From positions 38,564,001 to 38,628,000 of the forward strand of contig OX597816.1 in NCBI GenBank assembly GCA_951406725.2: a stretch of 64,000 nt of DNA. Reading direction: 5' to 3'. This stretch comes from Octopus vulgaris. Its lineage: Eukaryota. The translations under genes were made by a program, and so were the position numbers. The notes under the pieces are model-generated. The model did no database searches and had not been told where the DNA came from. It saw nothing but the letters and a program-made list of their open reading frames with translations. Below are positions 24,204 to 37,939 of the stretch, piece by piece (position 1 is the first letter of the stretch; every line of letters begins with the position of its first letter).

Positions 24204-27200
24204 CTGAATAATAAAAACTAGCAGAAATAATTCAGTATGAAAATTATGTGGTGTAAAATTACCATCAGTCAGTACGTAAGTACAGAGATAGAAGAAAATT
24301 AAAATAAACATTTTGAATATAGTTTCTTGGTGGCAAGGTCACTGCATTAAAAAAAAATAAATAAAAAAAAACAAAACTGTAGCACATATACAGAAACAAA
24401 AAGTCACATAGATATATGCCTGTATAAATACATCTAAATGTATTTGAGACGTCACATATAGACACACATACATTCAAACAGTCAGTCACACATATAAATA
24501 CACATTGAAATCATTGCTGAAAATTTAGAGCTCTCTTTTTCAAAAATTAACATAACTAGTTTTTTTTTTTTTTTTTTGGTTTTAGTATATGAATTTCAAA
24601 ACAAGGAAACTTGGTTCAATGCCACCAGATGGTTACTATGATACAATCGTTGTACACCTGCCTGATGTCAGTAAACAAAATGTAAGCTGAAAGTCCACGG
24701 AAAACGTGTAGGTTTTTAAAAGCTAGTGAGAAAACCATAAAGGTCTCAGACCATCATGTTTATTTTTTACGTATTAGCCCACCGCCTCTCTCTTTTCATT
24801 TCTTTCTTTTCTCCTCTCTCTCTTTTCTTGAGTGTGAGTGATTCAAAGAATCAAAAAGATCTCACAATAAGCTCTCTGCCAAGTGCACGGCTAACAAGAA
24901 TAAACAGCTATTCTCTCAACTCACTTCTCTTTTCTCTTCTATTTACACACACAAACCAGTTTGGATTTGAAGAAATTGCTGAGTTCTATCTATACTGCCA
25001 AAAGTAAATGGCATAGAACTGAAATAAGTTCTCAGCAAGCCATGACAAAGTTTTTATTCCTGACTGCAACCATTTTATCCAACAAGCCAATGCAGGAGGC
25101 CTCTATGTGGTTACTCAACCTGTTTGAAACTGCCAAATCTCTCTAAAATTACGAAGTACTGTCTTAAAAAGAAAACAGTAATTGGATAACCATGTCAGAA
25201 AAATGATGATGGTCAAGGTTGGAATGCTTTTGATAATAGGTATGCTTGGTTATGGGCCGATTTGGGGGCTAAAAGCAACAACATATGTAGCATCAACTTT
25301 AAAACTTTTTGTTATCGTTTTAAAACTAAATAAGGTTAATTGTCCATTAATAGATACTGCTGACAGTAGGTGTGGAGCATTTGCATAACTACTTAAAGTA
25401 GAACTAAAATTTCCATAAAGTCAATTGACATCAGTTGGCAAGATGATATCAGTTGGCATGATGACATTAACAGTCATTATGCCATTAATTGACATGATGG
25501 CATCAACTGACCAGTAACATTAGCCTTAACATTTTTACAGTCAAAACCAAGTTTTAAGTCCTAAACCTTAAACCATGTTATGCAATAAAAATGGGATAGT
25601 CATAAATAAAAATACTGTTTGAACAGTGGAGATTGACTCAAATTAACATGCTGAATAATTATATTCTGATTAAACAAAGATGATCAAGACAACACAACAA
25701 CAATAGACAAATACTTTGCCCCTATCAAACATCTACAAACAATATCCAAACAAATCTCATCATTTTTATGCAATCCTGGGAGAAGGTATGAAAACTTATG
25801 TTAAACAATTGCAAAAAGTATCATAACAGTATCAAGTGCCTCACAATGTAACTAACTACCTAGTTAAATTAACCGTTTTGGTACCAAAATGCCCAGAATA
25901 ACCTCTAGATTAAAAAAACAAAAAATTGTATTTTGAAGTGTTTAAATTGAAATTAATACTTTCCATGGCTGTGAAGTTAAGAAGCTTGCTTCCCAACCAC
26001 ATGGTCTTAAGTTCAGTCCCACTGCATAGCACTTTGGGCAAGTGTCTTCTACTATAACCTTGGGCTGAACAAAGCCTTTGTGAGTGGATTTGGTAGACAG
26101 AAACTGAGAGGAGCTCATCGTGTGTGTGTGTGTGCCCACTCATTACAAATAAGGAGATGAGTTAAGAGGTTGTGGCTCATTTTATGTAAAACTCTAAGAA
26201 AAGAACTTAAAAACTTGTTTCAGTGTGAAGAACAAATTGAGGTTGTAATAGAATTGGAAATGGTTTTTGTAATTACAAATATTAAAGTGAAGAGATAGTA
26301 ATGTCAAAATTAATTTAGCTCTTTTGAAGTAGATTCCTTCCATTGCAGCTTAGTAGACTACAAAGTCATAGATTTTGTTGTTAGATTAGTTACTTTGTTT
26401 AGATTGAATTAGAGATGTGTGAGAACTCTATTCCTCTTATTGATTGTCTGATGTTTGGAACTTAACCACTTAATTCTTCTGTGGCCAAGTTTCTAAGTGC
26501 TTCAATTAATTTTTAAAATAATCATGAATTGTAATGGATTTAGTAAAATAACTAATTCTGTCGCTATTAATCTGGTGATCAGAATATAACAAATATTCTT
26601 TTTATTTATTTTTTTAATTTGCTTGAGTCATTGAACTGCAGACATGCTTGGGCATTGCTTAGACAGGTTTAGTTGAACAAATCAACCTCATTACTTGTCT
26701 TTAAAATCTGGTGCTTATTCTATTGTCTCTTTTGTCGAATTGCTAAGTTACAGGGTTGTAAACAAAGCAACACAGGTTGTCAAGCAGGGCAACCTATATT
26801 TCTAGTGAGCAGACAGCCTATGTGTTTCAAATGATTTTCATAGAAGTCAAAATTTAGGAAGGCTATGCTAAAATACTTGCAACTTTATATAGTGAGGCAT
26901 TCATTTAGCCCCAGGTCAGCTATATGATCAAAAGTGATACATTTTGACTATGCCACAATTTTGACTATAACAGTCTACATTAACATATCCTATTTTAAAA
27001 GAAATGGACATGACTTGGGAGAGATTTAGCTGTTATTTTTAGTAGGTTGATTAACAGCATAGAGGAACTTTCATTGACTCATTTATATAAAGGTATGTAT
27101 GTAAAGCTGTTGTGTTGACCAACAGAAATCTCACAATATTGTTCACAGGTAGTCTCAGGGGTCTCGGTATTAAAAATTTTAAGCCAACAGAGTGATACTT

Positions 27201-28279
27201 TATCAACTCAGACATATTGTTATAGCAAAATCTACACAATATCTAATCAATGTTAAATAATAAACAAAATAAAAGATTATTCTGTAGCTTATTCAATCAG
27301 TGAAACAGTAGAGCAGGCATTCATCTACATACATATATTGTAATAAGGAATATCACTTCAAATTTTGGCATAAGATCAGAAATTTCAGGGAGAGGTATAG
27401 GTGATTATATTGACTTAGTACTTTATTTTATTGACTTTGAAAAGAAGAAGGGCCAAGTTAACTTCAGTGGCATTTGAACTGAGAATGTAGAGCTGGAAGA
27501 AATGCTGCTAAGCATTTTGTCCAACAGGGTAAACAACTCGGTCAGCTCACTGCCTTTTTGTAACAAGATCAACAGACAATATATAACAAATTGATAAATT
27601 ACTATGGAATCAACTCGATAGCTGTTTCAGAAGATCTTTGCTATCAACCCCTTCAATTAAATTTACTCTCCTAAAGATGTGATGTATTTGACAAAATATA
27701 ACTGGTTTCTTTCCTGTATATAACTATGCTGACTAAATCTTTACACTTTAATAGTTCTACAATCAAAACTACATTTACACTAAAAGTTTGTTAATTTTTT
27801 TCTTTTGGGTCATATTTCTGTTGAAATTCACTTCGCTTGTTTCAATAAATTTTGAAAATAAGGAAGAATTTAGTAAATTAACCGTTTCAATATTAAGTTG
27901 GTGTTTGGAACATAAATTGACTAGCGATGGACAATTTTAATTGAGATCACTTTAAAACAGGAAGTTTGTAACAGAGTAGTTTGGTATTGAAAGAGTAACC
28001 CTTTGAAAGGGTGAACTCTTTCAATACCAAACTACATGATACACAGGACCTATTTTCCTGGCATTCATGCATGATATATGAAACATATTCCCGATTTTTT
28101 TCCATCACTAGAGTAACTTGGGATTTATGAAAGGAAAAGCTTTATATTATCCATAGCATATGAAACAAGGGCTTTTAAAAGTCTGAAAACAAGCATGGAC
28201 ATTTAGGAAAAACTTATGAAAATGCATTGGACAGCCAAAGGGTTAACTGAGGACAGGGACAAAAGTCAAAGCAAAGAAA

Positions 28280-28470
28280 GAAGGCAGTCGTTAGAGAGCA
28301 GAAGTGATCTTCAGCAAGATTGTACACTTTCACTAACCCTGTTCAACAAGGTGATCAACTGTGTATTTGTGTCAAACACTAATCTAATTAAGTGCCAGCA
28401 AGTCCTGTACCAAGATACAATGATCAATGACTTTGATGACACTGCTCTCTTGCTCTCCACATCCCACAGG
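28280..28470 (+). mobile_element. Degraded non-LTR (RTE-like) reverse transcriptase core fragment
   Basis: ORF 28216-28506 contains SDLQQDCTLSLTLFNKVI...INDFDDTALL, a degenerate form of GVRQGC.LSP.LF...(F)ADD.AL. Confidence 0.65.
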
Positions 28471-31400
28471 ATAAGCTTAGAGATGATTCAAAATAAGCTG
28501 GTCTGATAAATAATACAGCCAGAGTTATTATGTCTTATCAGTGAGCTTTAGAAGTGAATAAAATGTCTCTTTACCTTCAACAATATTCAATTACAGGAAG
28601 TATGAGATTGATAGACACACAAACTTAGTTCACTCTGCTTTCAACTAAGCACTCAGTCAATGGCATGGTTCCAAAGAAAGATCTAACTCTGCGTCAAGAT
28701 TCATGTTTTCTAGACACACTGATATACTTCGACACACTGATATACTTCAATTCTTGTATTTGTTAGCATTATAGCATTATAGAAAAAGTTTAAGCTAACA
28801 TTAATATTAGTTCAGATAGTGCATTATTAATTGCCACATGTAGTTACATGTTTTTTTTCATAGGAACCCTATGAAAAAAGGTATTTCAGACATTTGTTTT
28901 GTTCATTTTTTTTTTTGTTCAAGATGGTAAGATTTATTTTTAACCATACAGACACAGCCTATTTAACTCAATTTATAGTTTAAATAAATTACTTTATAAT
29001 ATTTTCTTGTTTTCAGATAACACAGGCTACCTGTACAACAGAACAAAAATACTAAAAATAAAAGACACCTGCATATGAGATGAACAGCTTGTTGTCATAG
29101 CAAACCCTTACTTCTACAGATGCTGCCATTACATAAAATATGACTTACAAATACCTAAATATATACACAACAATCCAGAATGTAACAACCTCATCCTGAA
29201 AAATATCTCTTCTACTCAGCATATACAAACATAAAAAAAACCCCAATATATACACAGAAATAAATGCAATTTGATAGTTTTATTAATCCCACACATTATT
29301 GGGAAGTATACTATCAAAATTAAGAGTAAGGGAACAGCAACTATCTCGCTCTGAGCAACTTCATCCCAACTTTGCTGTGGCACTAAGAGACTTCACATGA
29401 GTACGTGTACAGACTGTCATACTGAGTCCTGTATGATCCACTGTTGTACTTCATGCAGTAGTTTATTATCCATATTTTCTTTGGCTATTCTATACGGTAA
29501 ATGCTTCAAGTTAGATATTTATGTGAACAAGTACTTGATGTTAGATTTTTATGAAAATTACTAAAAAAGGCAAATACTTACATAATGAAATTATATTGGA
29601 CCTTAGCATACCATCAGTTATGTCTCAGCTCATTGACAATATCTAACTCATACTTTATTATCATCAGATATTGAAGATTATAAAAACTTACTTTTTTTTT
29701 TTTTAGATTTGTTTAAAATAGGTATTGTACCTGATTTACCTCTTTTGATATCAACCTGTCTAGGACTCCCCAGATTCTATGATACAAAGTTCATGTTTTA
29801 AAGTGATCTTTATTAAAATCTTCCATCAAAACTTCATGCTAATGTATGTTCCAAACAGTAGCTTAATATTGACAAAGTTATTTTGATAAATCCTTCATTA
29901 TTATCAAAATTAATTTAAACAAGGACAGTGTATTCCATCAGAAATATGGTAACAAAAAAGGTTAAGTATTTTATTTCTAAGGAAGATGTCAATCTCTCTC
30001 AATACCCAGTGTTTCCTCCACAGCACCACCATGACATCTGCTGCCCCCTAGTGAGCTTAGATTGCCCTCAAGGAAATGCTATCATCCAAGTTAAGAACTA
30101 CTGTTTTGACCTAAGAAACTGAAAGTAGTGAGGTATATGGGGGAAAGAGAACTAAGAAGAAACTGTTGACAGCTACTCTCCACCAAACCCTGAAACTATT
30201 TACCATTTTGACATGTCCATTTTAAGATTCAACAATCCAGGATAATTTTTTTCCCTTCTCAAATGCAATTATTGGAAATTATTTCAAACCTGTCTTTCAG
30301 GTTTTACAATATTTCACAATACAAACAACTCTGACTTTTTAAACAGAACAAAGAAAAGAATTTAGTACATAAACCATGACGCCTGAGAATTTTAGATGAG
30401 AAATAGGAACGAAAAGTGACAGTCATACATTTTTTTAAAGAGAGAGAGAGAGGGGGGGTTAGGGGTGGAGTTGAAATGAAATGTTGGAAATCAAATCCTG
30501 CTCATAAGATCAGTTTATTAACCAAGAGCTGGGAACAGAAAAATAAAAACTCATTGAAACTGTGGCAGTTTGTTCCATTCATTGAAGTTGGATTAAATTT
30601 TCCTTTCATCTAGAAACAACAGAAAAGTTGAAGCAATTTCAACTAAGCAAGCAACCTAAGTTTAGGAACGATATTAACTATTAAGCAGGTGGCAACCTAG
30701 ACCACCATAGAAATCAATACAAACAGGCAATTTGAGAAGAGTAACAGAACAAATCTATTTTTAGTGCTATTGGCAATTCTCAGGCAATTTCTCCCCCCCC
30801 ACCTAAAATAGACTCTGACCCTATATGCAGTACACAGAAGTATTGCAGCTATTATAAGTAAAGGAAATAGAAACTAAATAAATACACACAGAGAAACACA
30901 CGCATGCACGCACACACGGAGCTGCATCAATTAGTCTATATTGCTAAGCAACCGAAGCATCTGTTAGAGTAGTGATATGCAGCAACAAGTATCAACATGC
31001 AACAAAGCTGTTTAAGTGAAAACAGTTTAAAAATATGGAAGCTGTGAAGTAGGTATCGGGAGGCAAAAAAAAAAACAAAAAAAAAAAAAAAAACTGTAGT
31101 TGAATGACACTAAATGCAAGTTGACAAGTGCTCAGGTTGATTAGAAGAAATGCTTATTTGGTTTAAACACACACACACACAAAGGGATTATAATTGTCAA
31201 AACTGCTTAAAGTAAGATAAGTAGCTATTTAAAAAAAAAAAAAAGTGGCGGCATTTTAATTGATAACTGAGTCACTAAGTACTTCCCTTTGATAAGCATA
31301 TTGATAAAATGATGCTCAAATACTCAAAGAATATCCTCACATATGTAAGCTGACCTTGGTGAGATTTGAGCTCAGAATGCAAGGTACAGGAAGAAATACC

Positions 31401-31659
31401 ATAAGGCATTTTGTCTGACATTAACAACAACTAATCTACGACTTTGAATAAGTTTAAACATTTTTAACATTTGTATGAACTGTTGCTACAAATAATCCTT
31501 AAATCCCATCCTAAATTTTGCCTTTCCAACCCAAAATGAGTGTGTTATCTTTTTACTGTTATACTGGCTTAAGTATGTAAAGTTTCATTGAAGGGCACAA
31601 CAAATAACCAATTTCAATTTTTTCTCTTCACCCCTATTCACCACAAAACCACTTATAAT

Positions 31660-31930
31660 AAGAACAGGTAGAGTCTTCAGGCACTGCCTCCATAGGGTCC
31701 CATCAGAAGCAACCATCATTACACTTTCTGATCAGATTTACAATCATGACCAACTGAAACTAGGGATATTATCCAACCCTCTCATTCTTGGTCTAGACCT
31801 AGGACTCCAGTCAGTTTGTTTGACTTAAAGAATCCATCTTGTGATTCTTGCCTGTGATCTCTCAATGTGGAGAAGTAGTGACTCAGCTTGAAGAGACTTA
31901 CTGATCTCTAAAGCTATGCACCTTGTCAAG
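31660..31930 (-). mobile_element. Degraded RTE-like LINE 3' remnant
   Basis: Minus-strand PRSRPRMRGLDNI resembles the RTE C-terminal RGRPR.RW.D.I motif. Confidence 0.45.
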
Positions 31931-32287
31931 AACATTATATATATATATATATACAAGCTTCTTTCAATTTCTATCAACCAAATCCAGTCATAAGGCCTCT
32001 GATCAACCTGGGACTATAGTACAAGAAGATAGTTGCCCAAGGTGCTATGCAGTAGACTGAACCCAAGACCACATAGTTGTGAAACAAGCACACAGCCATA
32101 ATTATTGTTTTGATAAGAGAAAATTAAATAGCAATGAAGATGATGATAATGAAGGTACAATTTTAGATCCACTTTGCTATGGTTTCATGGTTTTTGTTAA
32201 AGTGACATATTACATGTGGAAATTCATTTTACTATTAATCTCTCAACTTTGTCAGATAGGTAAACTAAAGCAAGCTAAGTCATATAT

Positions 32288-32517
32288 ATTTCTTTATTAC
32301 CCACAAGGGGCTAAACATAGAGGGGACAAACGAGGACAGACAAACGGATTAAGTCGATTACATCGACCCCAGTGCGTAACTGGTACTTAATTTATCGACC
32401 CCGAAAGGATGAAAGGCAAAGTCGACCTCGGCGGAATTCGAACTCAGAACGTAGCAATGGGCGAAATACCGCGAAGTACTTCGCCCGGCATGCTAACGTC
32501 TCTGCCAGCTCGCCGCC
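32288..32517 (-). mobile_element. SINE family C (Meta-like domain), full length with TSD
   Basis: Reverse complement reads ggcggcgagctggcag...gttctgagttcgaattccgccgaggtcgactttgcctttcatcctttcggggtcgataaattaagtacc. TSD agtcatata at 32278 and 32521. Matches 46387-46613. Confidence 0.9.
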
Positions 32518-34280
32518 CTGAGTCATATACTTTGTCGACAGGCAAAACAGCTGTTGGTTGTAGTAAGGCTTGAACTCATAAGAATATATAATTGAATATA
32601 TAAAATGATTTGGGAAATACAGTATCCTCATCTCACACATCTTCATTTCACTCTTTTAGTTATCACTTTCTTCAATTCATTTCAATCACATCTGCCTCAA
32701 ATGAATGAATACAATACAGAGTATAAAGAACACTTTTATTTATGCTGGGGACAAGGCTACAATAAAATGCACCTAGTACAAGCAGTATAGTCTTTAGTTT
32801 TGCAGAGAACAATAGCAATCTCACTAGTGCCAATGATATGACAAAATGCAGCCAGTACACACTGTGAAGTGACTGGTGTGAAGGAGGGTATTTAGCCATA
32901 GAAACCATTATTATAATAAGAAAAATGTATGGGTAAGAAGTGATTTCCCAATCCATTTAAGAGAGCTGTTATTCCAAATAAGAATTGACTCCAATCACCA
33001 TATGTCTGTTTTCTATGCCAGCATGCAAAACAGACATAATTGTGATAGCATGGGCCCCTGATAGGAGAGCGCTATTTCCAAATAAGAATGGCTCCAGGCT
33101 GTGACAATCTATTCAGCCCATCCAGTATGGAAAACAGATATGATGATGATGATTGTAGTGGTGGTCCTTTTCTTTTCAAAATAATGTTCAATAAGGATAG
33201 CTGGGGGAATCGTTTGTCTATGGCATAAAAGTTTCCACTTTAACTCTGATGACAATATAATGATAGTTTATAAACCCAGAACTTAGCTCCAATGCTAGAA
33301 ATCAAAGAAAACTGATAGCAGCATAAAACCAAACCCATTTATTTCCATGGATGTGGAGCAAAATGTATCTCTATTCTTTGGAATATATTGTTCATCCTGT
33401 TTACGAAACTATTCCAAAAAGCTTTATAGAGAAACAATAGATCAATCGAGCAACAAATCCAAAATTCCAAGAAAATTACACTACGATTATAGAATTTAAT
33501 GTATTCATTTCTGAATCATTTTTGTAATTTTTAGCCAATTAAGTCATCTGGCAATTTATTATAACTATTTAATATCATTTTCCATGGTGGAATTTTTTTC
33601 CCCTTTCTAAATTTAAATATTTGCATATAAATTGTTGGAATAAGCATTTTTACAGTTGGATGCCTTTCTGAGCACTAACCGCGCTCAATTAGGAAATAGA
33701 AGTAGCATCTATTTTCAGCCAGCCATTCTGATACAAGCAGCAGAGTAGTAATATGCATCTCCACACAATGGTAGTAGGAAAGTTTGGGTCAGTTACACAA
33801 CACCTTAACCCCAAAGATAAAAATATTATTATTACTTTTATTGTTGTTTTTATTATTATTATTATTATTAATCATCAGCATCATCAGATAAATATCCTGC
33901 TTTACACAATTCTGCTTTGTGCTTATTAAAAAAAAAAATCATTATCTTTGTTATTAGAATCAATATGGCTAACACATAAGAATACTGACATAAAAGCATT
34001 GCAGTATTAAATTTCATCTTGCAGCTCTTAGTTCAAATCCTACATAAGTCATATTGTTTTTTTTATTTTTCAGAATCCACAGAAAAAAACCCTCCAAAAC
34101 TCATCATCATTATTATTATTCAATTCAACAAAGGTAGAGCAAGGAACAAAATGCCTTACTGTATATAGTTATATGCTTTACATGCTTGACTTACCCTTCC
34201 ACCTATCAATAAGTACCAGTCAAGTACTGGGTGGCTGATATAATAGACTGCCTTTTAGTGCTCGAAATTTGTCTCCTACA

Positions 34281-34680
34281 CTTTACTTTTTTTTTTACTT
34301 TTTTACTTGTTTCAGTCATTTGACTGCGGCCATGCTGGAGCACCGTCTTTAGTCGAGCAAATCGACCCCGGGACTTATTCTTTGTAAGCCCAGTACTTAT
34401 TCTATCGGTCTCTTTTGCCGAACCGCTAAGTGACGGGGACGTAAGCATACCAGCATCGGTTGTCAAGCAATGCTAGGGGGACAGACACAGACACACACAT
34501 ATATATATACATATACATGACAGGCTTCTTTCAGTTTCCGTCTATCAAATCCACTCACAAGGCATTGGTCGGCCCGGGGCTATAGCAGAAGACACTTGCC
34601 CAAGATGCCATGCAGTGGGACTGAACCTGGAACCATGTGGTTGGTTAGCAAGCTACTTACCACACAGCCACTCCTGCGCC
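34281..34680 (-). mobile_element. SINE family A, full length
   Basis: Reverse complement of 45459-45872 with few differences. Confidence 0.93.
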
Positions 34681-34711
34681 TATGCATGTTTTAGATATCA
34701 ATATTAAAGTT

Positions 34712-34925
34712 GTGAGCTGGCAGAATTGTTAGCATGAGGGGCAAAATACTTAGCAGTATTTTGTCTGTCATTACGTTCTGAGTTCAAATTTTGCCAAGGT
34801 CAACTTTCATGCTTTTCATCCTTTCGAGGTTGATAAAATAGGTAGCAGTTGAACATGTGGATCAATGTAATCTACTTATCCCTCCCCTGAAATTTCTGGC
34901 CTTGTACCAACATTCAAAATCAATA
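34712..34925 (+). mobile_element. SINE family C, degraded
   Basis: gtgagctggcagaattgttagc...gttctgagttcaaatt...cttttcatcctttcgaggttgataaa. Confidence 0.8.
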
Positions 34926-36685
34926 TTATTTTATTCAATTTATTGATTTGTATAAATACTGACTAAGTGATTCGTCAAACAAAATTATTCTTATTTGATA
35001 TAGATGAGAATTGTTTTTGGCCATTCACTGAAATTATTGAAGTAGGAAAGTAATGCGACAAAAATTACAGAGTACATCAGGCATGACTGTGTGATTAAGA
35101 AATTCGCCCAATAACCATGTGTTTTTAGGTTCAATCCTACTATGAGTCACTTTGGGCAAATGTCTTCTATCATAGCTCTGGAGTCAACCAAAACCCTGTG
35201 AATGAATTTGATAGGCAGAAACTGAAAAGTAGCACATTGTATATGTGTGCATTTCTGCCATCTTGTCTTGAAACCACATGCTAATAGTAAACAAATGTCA
35301 CCATTCTACAAGCAGTGTTGTTTGTTTGCAGTGCCCCATGACCAGGGGAAAATATTACCTTGCTTGAAAACAAGTGAGGGCTGATGACAGGAAGAACTGT
35401 AGAACTCTGCTCCAGTGGAATCTGCATGCCACATGTAAGCAAGGCAAAGTAGATGTTAAAACAATGATATAGAGTGGAGACAATCTAACAACATAGGAAG
35501 TAACTTGTGTTGTGTAGTATACAGAACAAAAAAATACTTGAGCAAGGAAACAAAATAAAAATATGAAGTATGTGAGAGAGAGAGCAAGAGAGAGAGAGAG
35601 AGAAAGAGAGAGAGCAGAGGGGGGGGGAGAAAGATAGAAAAGAAAGCAAGAGGGAGATAGAGAGATAGACAAAGAGAAAACAATCAGGAAGAGGCAGTTG
35701 TATGGTTGCATTGAGAAAGTTGTGAACTTATATAGTAAACAGTCAGTGTCAGGTCTGTTAAACAGAAATAATAGCTTTATTTATATTGTATTTACATTTA
35801 TGTACGTTCAGTACATCAGTTCTTATGTTAGCTAAATTCATGACTTTAACCCACTTCAGTTACTTCCCTTAGCTTTTATTTTATTTCTTTTATTATTTAC
35901 ATTGTATATGAATAAGGATAAGACGTTGCTGGAGTCTTGTTGAAGAAGTAAAGAGTAGATTAAGGTGTTACTACAGAAAATAGGGTGGAAGTCAAGGGTA
36001 GATTCAGTGTTACTACAGAAAATATTTACACACACAATCACACAGTCCAGCATTTCCCGACCAATGATTCTTTGGAACACTAAGATTCCACATAAGGTCT
36101 CTAGAGGTTCTACAAAAAGTTGCTAAAGTTCTACAAAAAGTTTCACGAGAAACAGCAATCATCATCATCATCATTTAATTTCCATTTTCCATGCTGACAT
36201 GGTTTCTATAGCTGGATGCCCTTCCTAATGCCAACTACTTTACAGAATGTACTAGATGCTTTTTACATGGCACCAGCAAGGTCACCAAATTACAGACAAG
36301 ACAAGATCTCCTCAACTAAGGGTGGAGTAGTATTGAGGTAGGTAGCTTATATAAGCTAATATTCACACACACACACACACATCTAGTGCTAAAGGTTAGG
36401 AAAAAGAGTACTCAATACCATAGCAGAGCAGTACAGATTAGTAATGTTTTTCATTTAGGTTAAGTCAGTCTCTTGCTACTCTGTAGACAAAGGATCTCCA
36501 AGTAAGTTAAGACTGAAGATTCTGTGCACCTTACAGGTGAAATTCAGAGCAATGAGAGATAACCCAACCAAAATAAATAAATATATGTGTGTGTGTATAT
36601 ATACATACATATCTATATTCACACACACATAGATACATACAGAGAGAAAGAGAGAGGGGGAGAAGCTAATTATATGCAAATTCAT

Positions 36686-36912
36686 TTAACCCTTTAGTAT
36701 TTAAATCGGCCATATCCAGCCAAAATATTTAATCTGTTTTATGTTCAAACTCACCAGATCTAGACTCTCACACCTACCCTACAATGTTATTCTACATTAG
36801 GTAATTACACCATCAAGATCTTGAAGATATGAGATAATGCATGATTAATTCAAATCAATGTGAATCAATAAGCATTATGTTTGATAGAATAATCAGAACA
36901 CTAAAGGGTTAA
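36686..36912. mobile_element. piggyBac-type MITE family 1
   Basis: TTAACCCTTTAGT...ACTAAAGGGTTAA. Confidence 0.88.
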
Positions 36913-37119
36913 AGTCATTTTTGTGTTTAATCCTATAGTCATAATTTTGTGTAGAATATTCCATAAGGTAGCAAGGAGACCCTAGAAGAAAATGAAGTCC
37001 TAATAGAGAATTGTAAGAGAATTTAGCTTAAACAAGATCTCAGGTTAAGATGAAATTTCTTACACCTTCTTTGTGACATCTTAGGTACTTAGCACTGTCA
37101 AATCATTCAAAGACAGTTT

Positions 37120-37400
37120 TATGATTTGTTTAATTTTTCATGACAAAATGTCAGACCAAACGATTTTTGGGAATGATTGGTTTTTACCATAAGTTCGTGC
37201 GAAGTTTTTCTTCTATTGTGGAACAATTGACAAATTTGTTAAAAAAGACCCAAACCATGAGGTGGTCATCAGAGTGTGAAACAGCTTTTGAGAAACTTAA
37301 GTTGGTTTTACAAAATTCCCGGGTTTTAAAAGCGCTTGATTTTGAGAAACCATTCCCATTTATGACTGACACATATGATTTTTTAATTATAGTTATTGGT
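37120..37400 (+). mobile_element. Ty3/Gypsy pol remnant (RT thumb / RNase H connection)
   Basis: KRFLGMIGFYHKFVRSFSSIVEQLTNLLKK...WSSECETAFEKLK..L...DFEKPF...TD is the canonical Gypsy RT-RNaseH linker pattern. Confidence 0.85.
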
Positions 37401-37469
37401 GTAATCTGGCAGCCGTTTCGTGTCATAAACTTTTAGTTTAAATGGTTGCTTTGACATTAGATATATTTA

Positions 37470-37939
37470 TGTTTAGATCGAAATTGAAATCGAAATTGAA
37501 CCAATACTATGACTGGCACCCGGCAGATGCCAGGACCCCTGGACTGGAGATACGTAAAAAGCACTATCCGAATCGTGGCCGATGCCAGCGCCGCCTCGAC
37601 TGGCTTCCGTGTCGGTGGCACGTAAAAAGCACCATCCGAATCGTGGCTGAAGCCAGTGCCGCCTCGACTGGCTTCCATGCAGGTGGCACGTAAAATGCAC
37701 CAATCCGACCGTGGCCGATACCAGCCTCGCCTGGCACCAGTGCAAGTGGCACGTAAAAAATCACCCACTACACTCACGGAGTGGTTGGCGTTAGGAAGGG
37801 CATCCAGCTGTAGAAACATTGCCAGATAAGACCGGAGCCTGGTGCAGCCTTCTGGCTTCCCAGATCCCTGGTCGAACCGTCCAACCCATGCTAGCATGGA
37901 GAACGGACGTTAAACGATGATGATGATGATGATGATGAT
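37470..37939 (+). mobile_element. RTE LINE 3' UTR (family D, long form) with tandem motif+hairpin units and (GAT)n tail
   Basis: acgtaaaa(a)gcac motif at ~37552, 37620, 37688 and 37751; tail ccaacccatgctagcatggagaacggacgttaaac(gat)n is shared with 52200-53067. Confidence 0.88.

Noticed and set aside
28713-28748. Exact 18-bp tandem duplication (similar ones at ~14857, ~23030 and ~36105)
   Set aside because: Ordinary slippage or repair duplications with no further structure.
28850-29035. Splice-like signals on both strands and a small tttttcatagg/cctatgaaaaa hairpin
   Set aside because: Conflicting orientations in very AT-rich DNA; cannot be supported without transcripts.
37580-37760. HDV-like ribozyme suggested by CCAGCCTCG-CTGG similarity to HDV P3/L3
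   Set aside because: Could not assign P1, P1.1, P2 and J4/2 consistently by eye; left as a testable possibility only.
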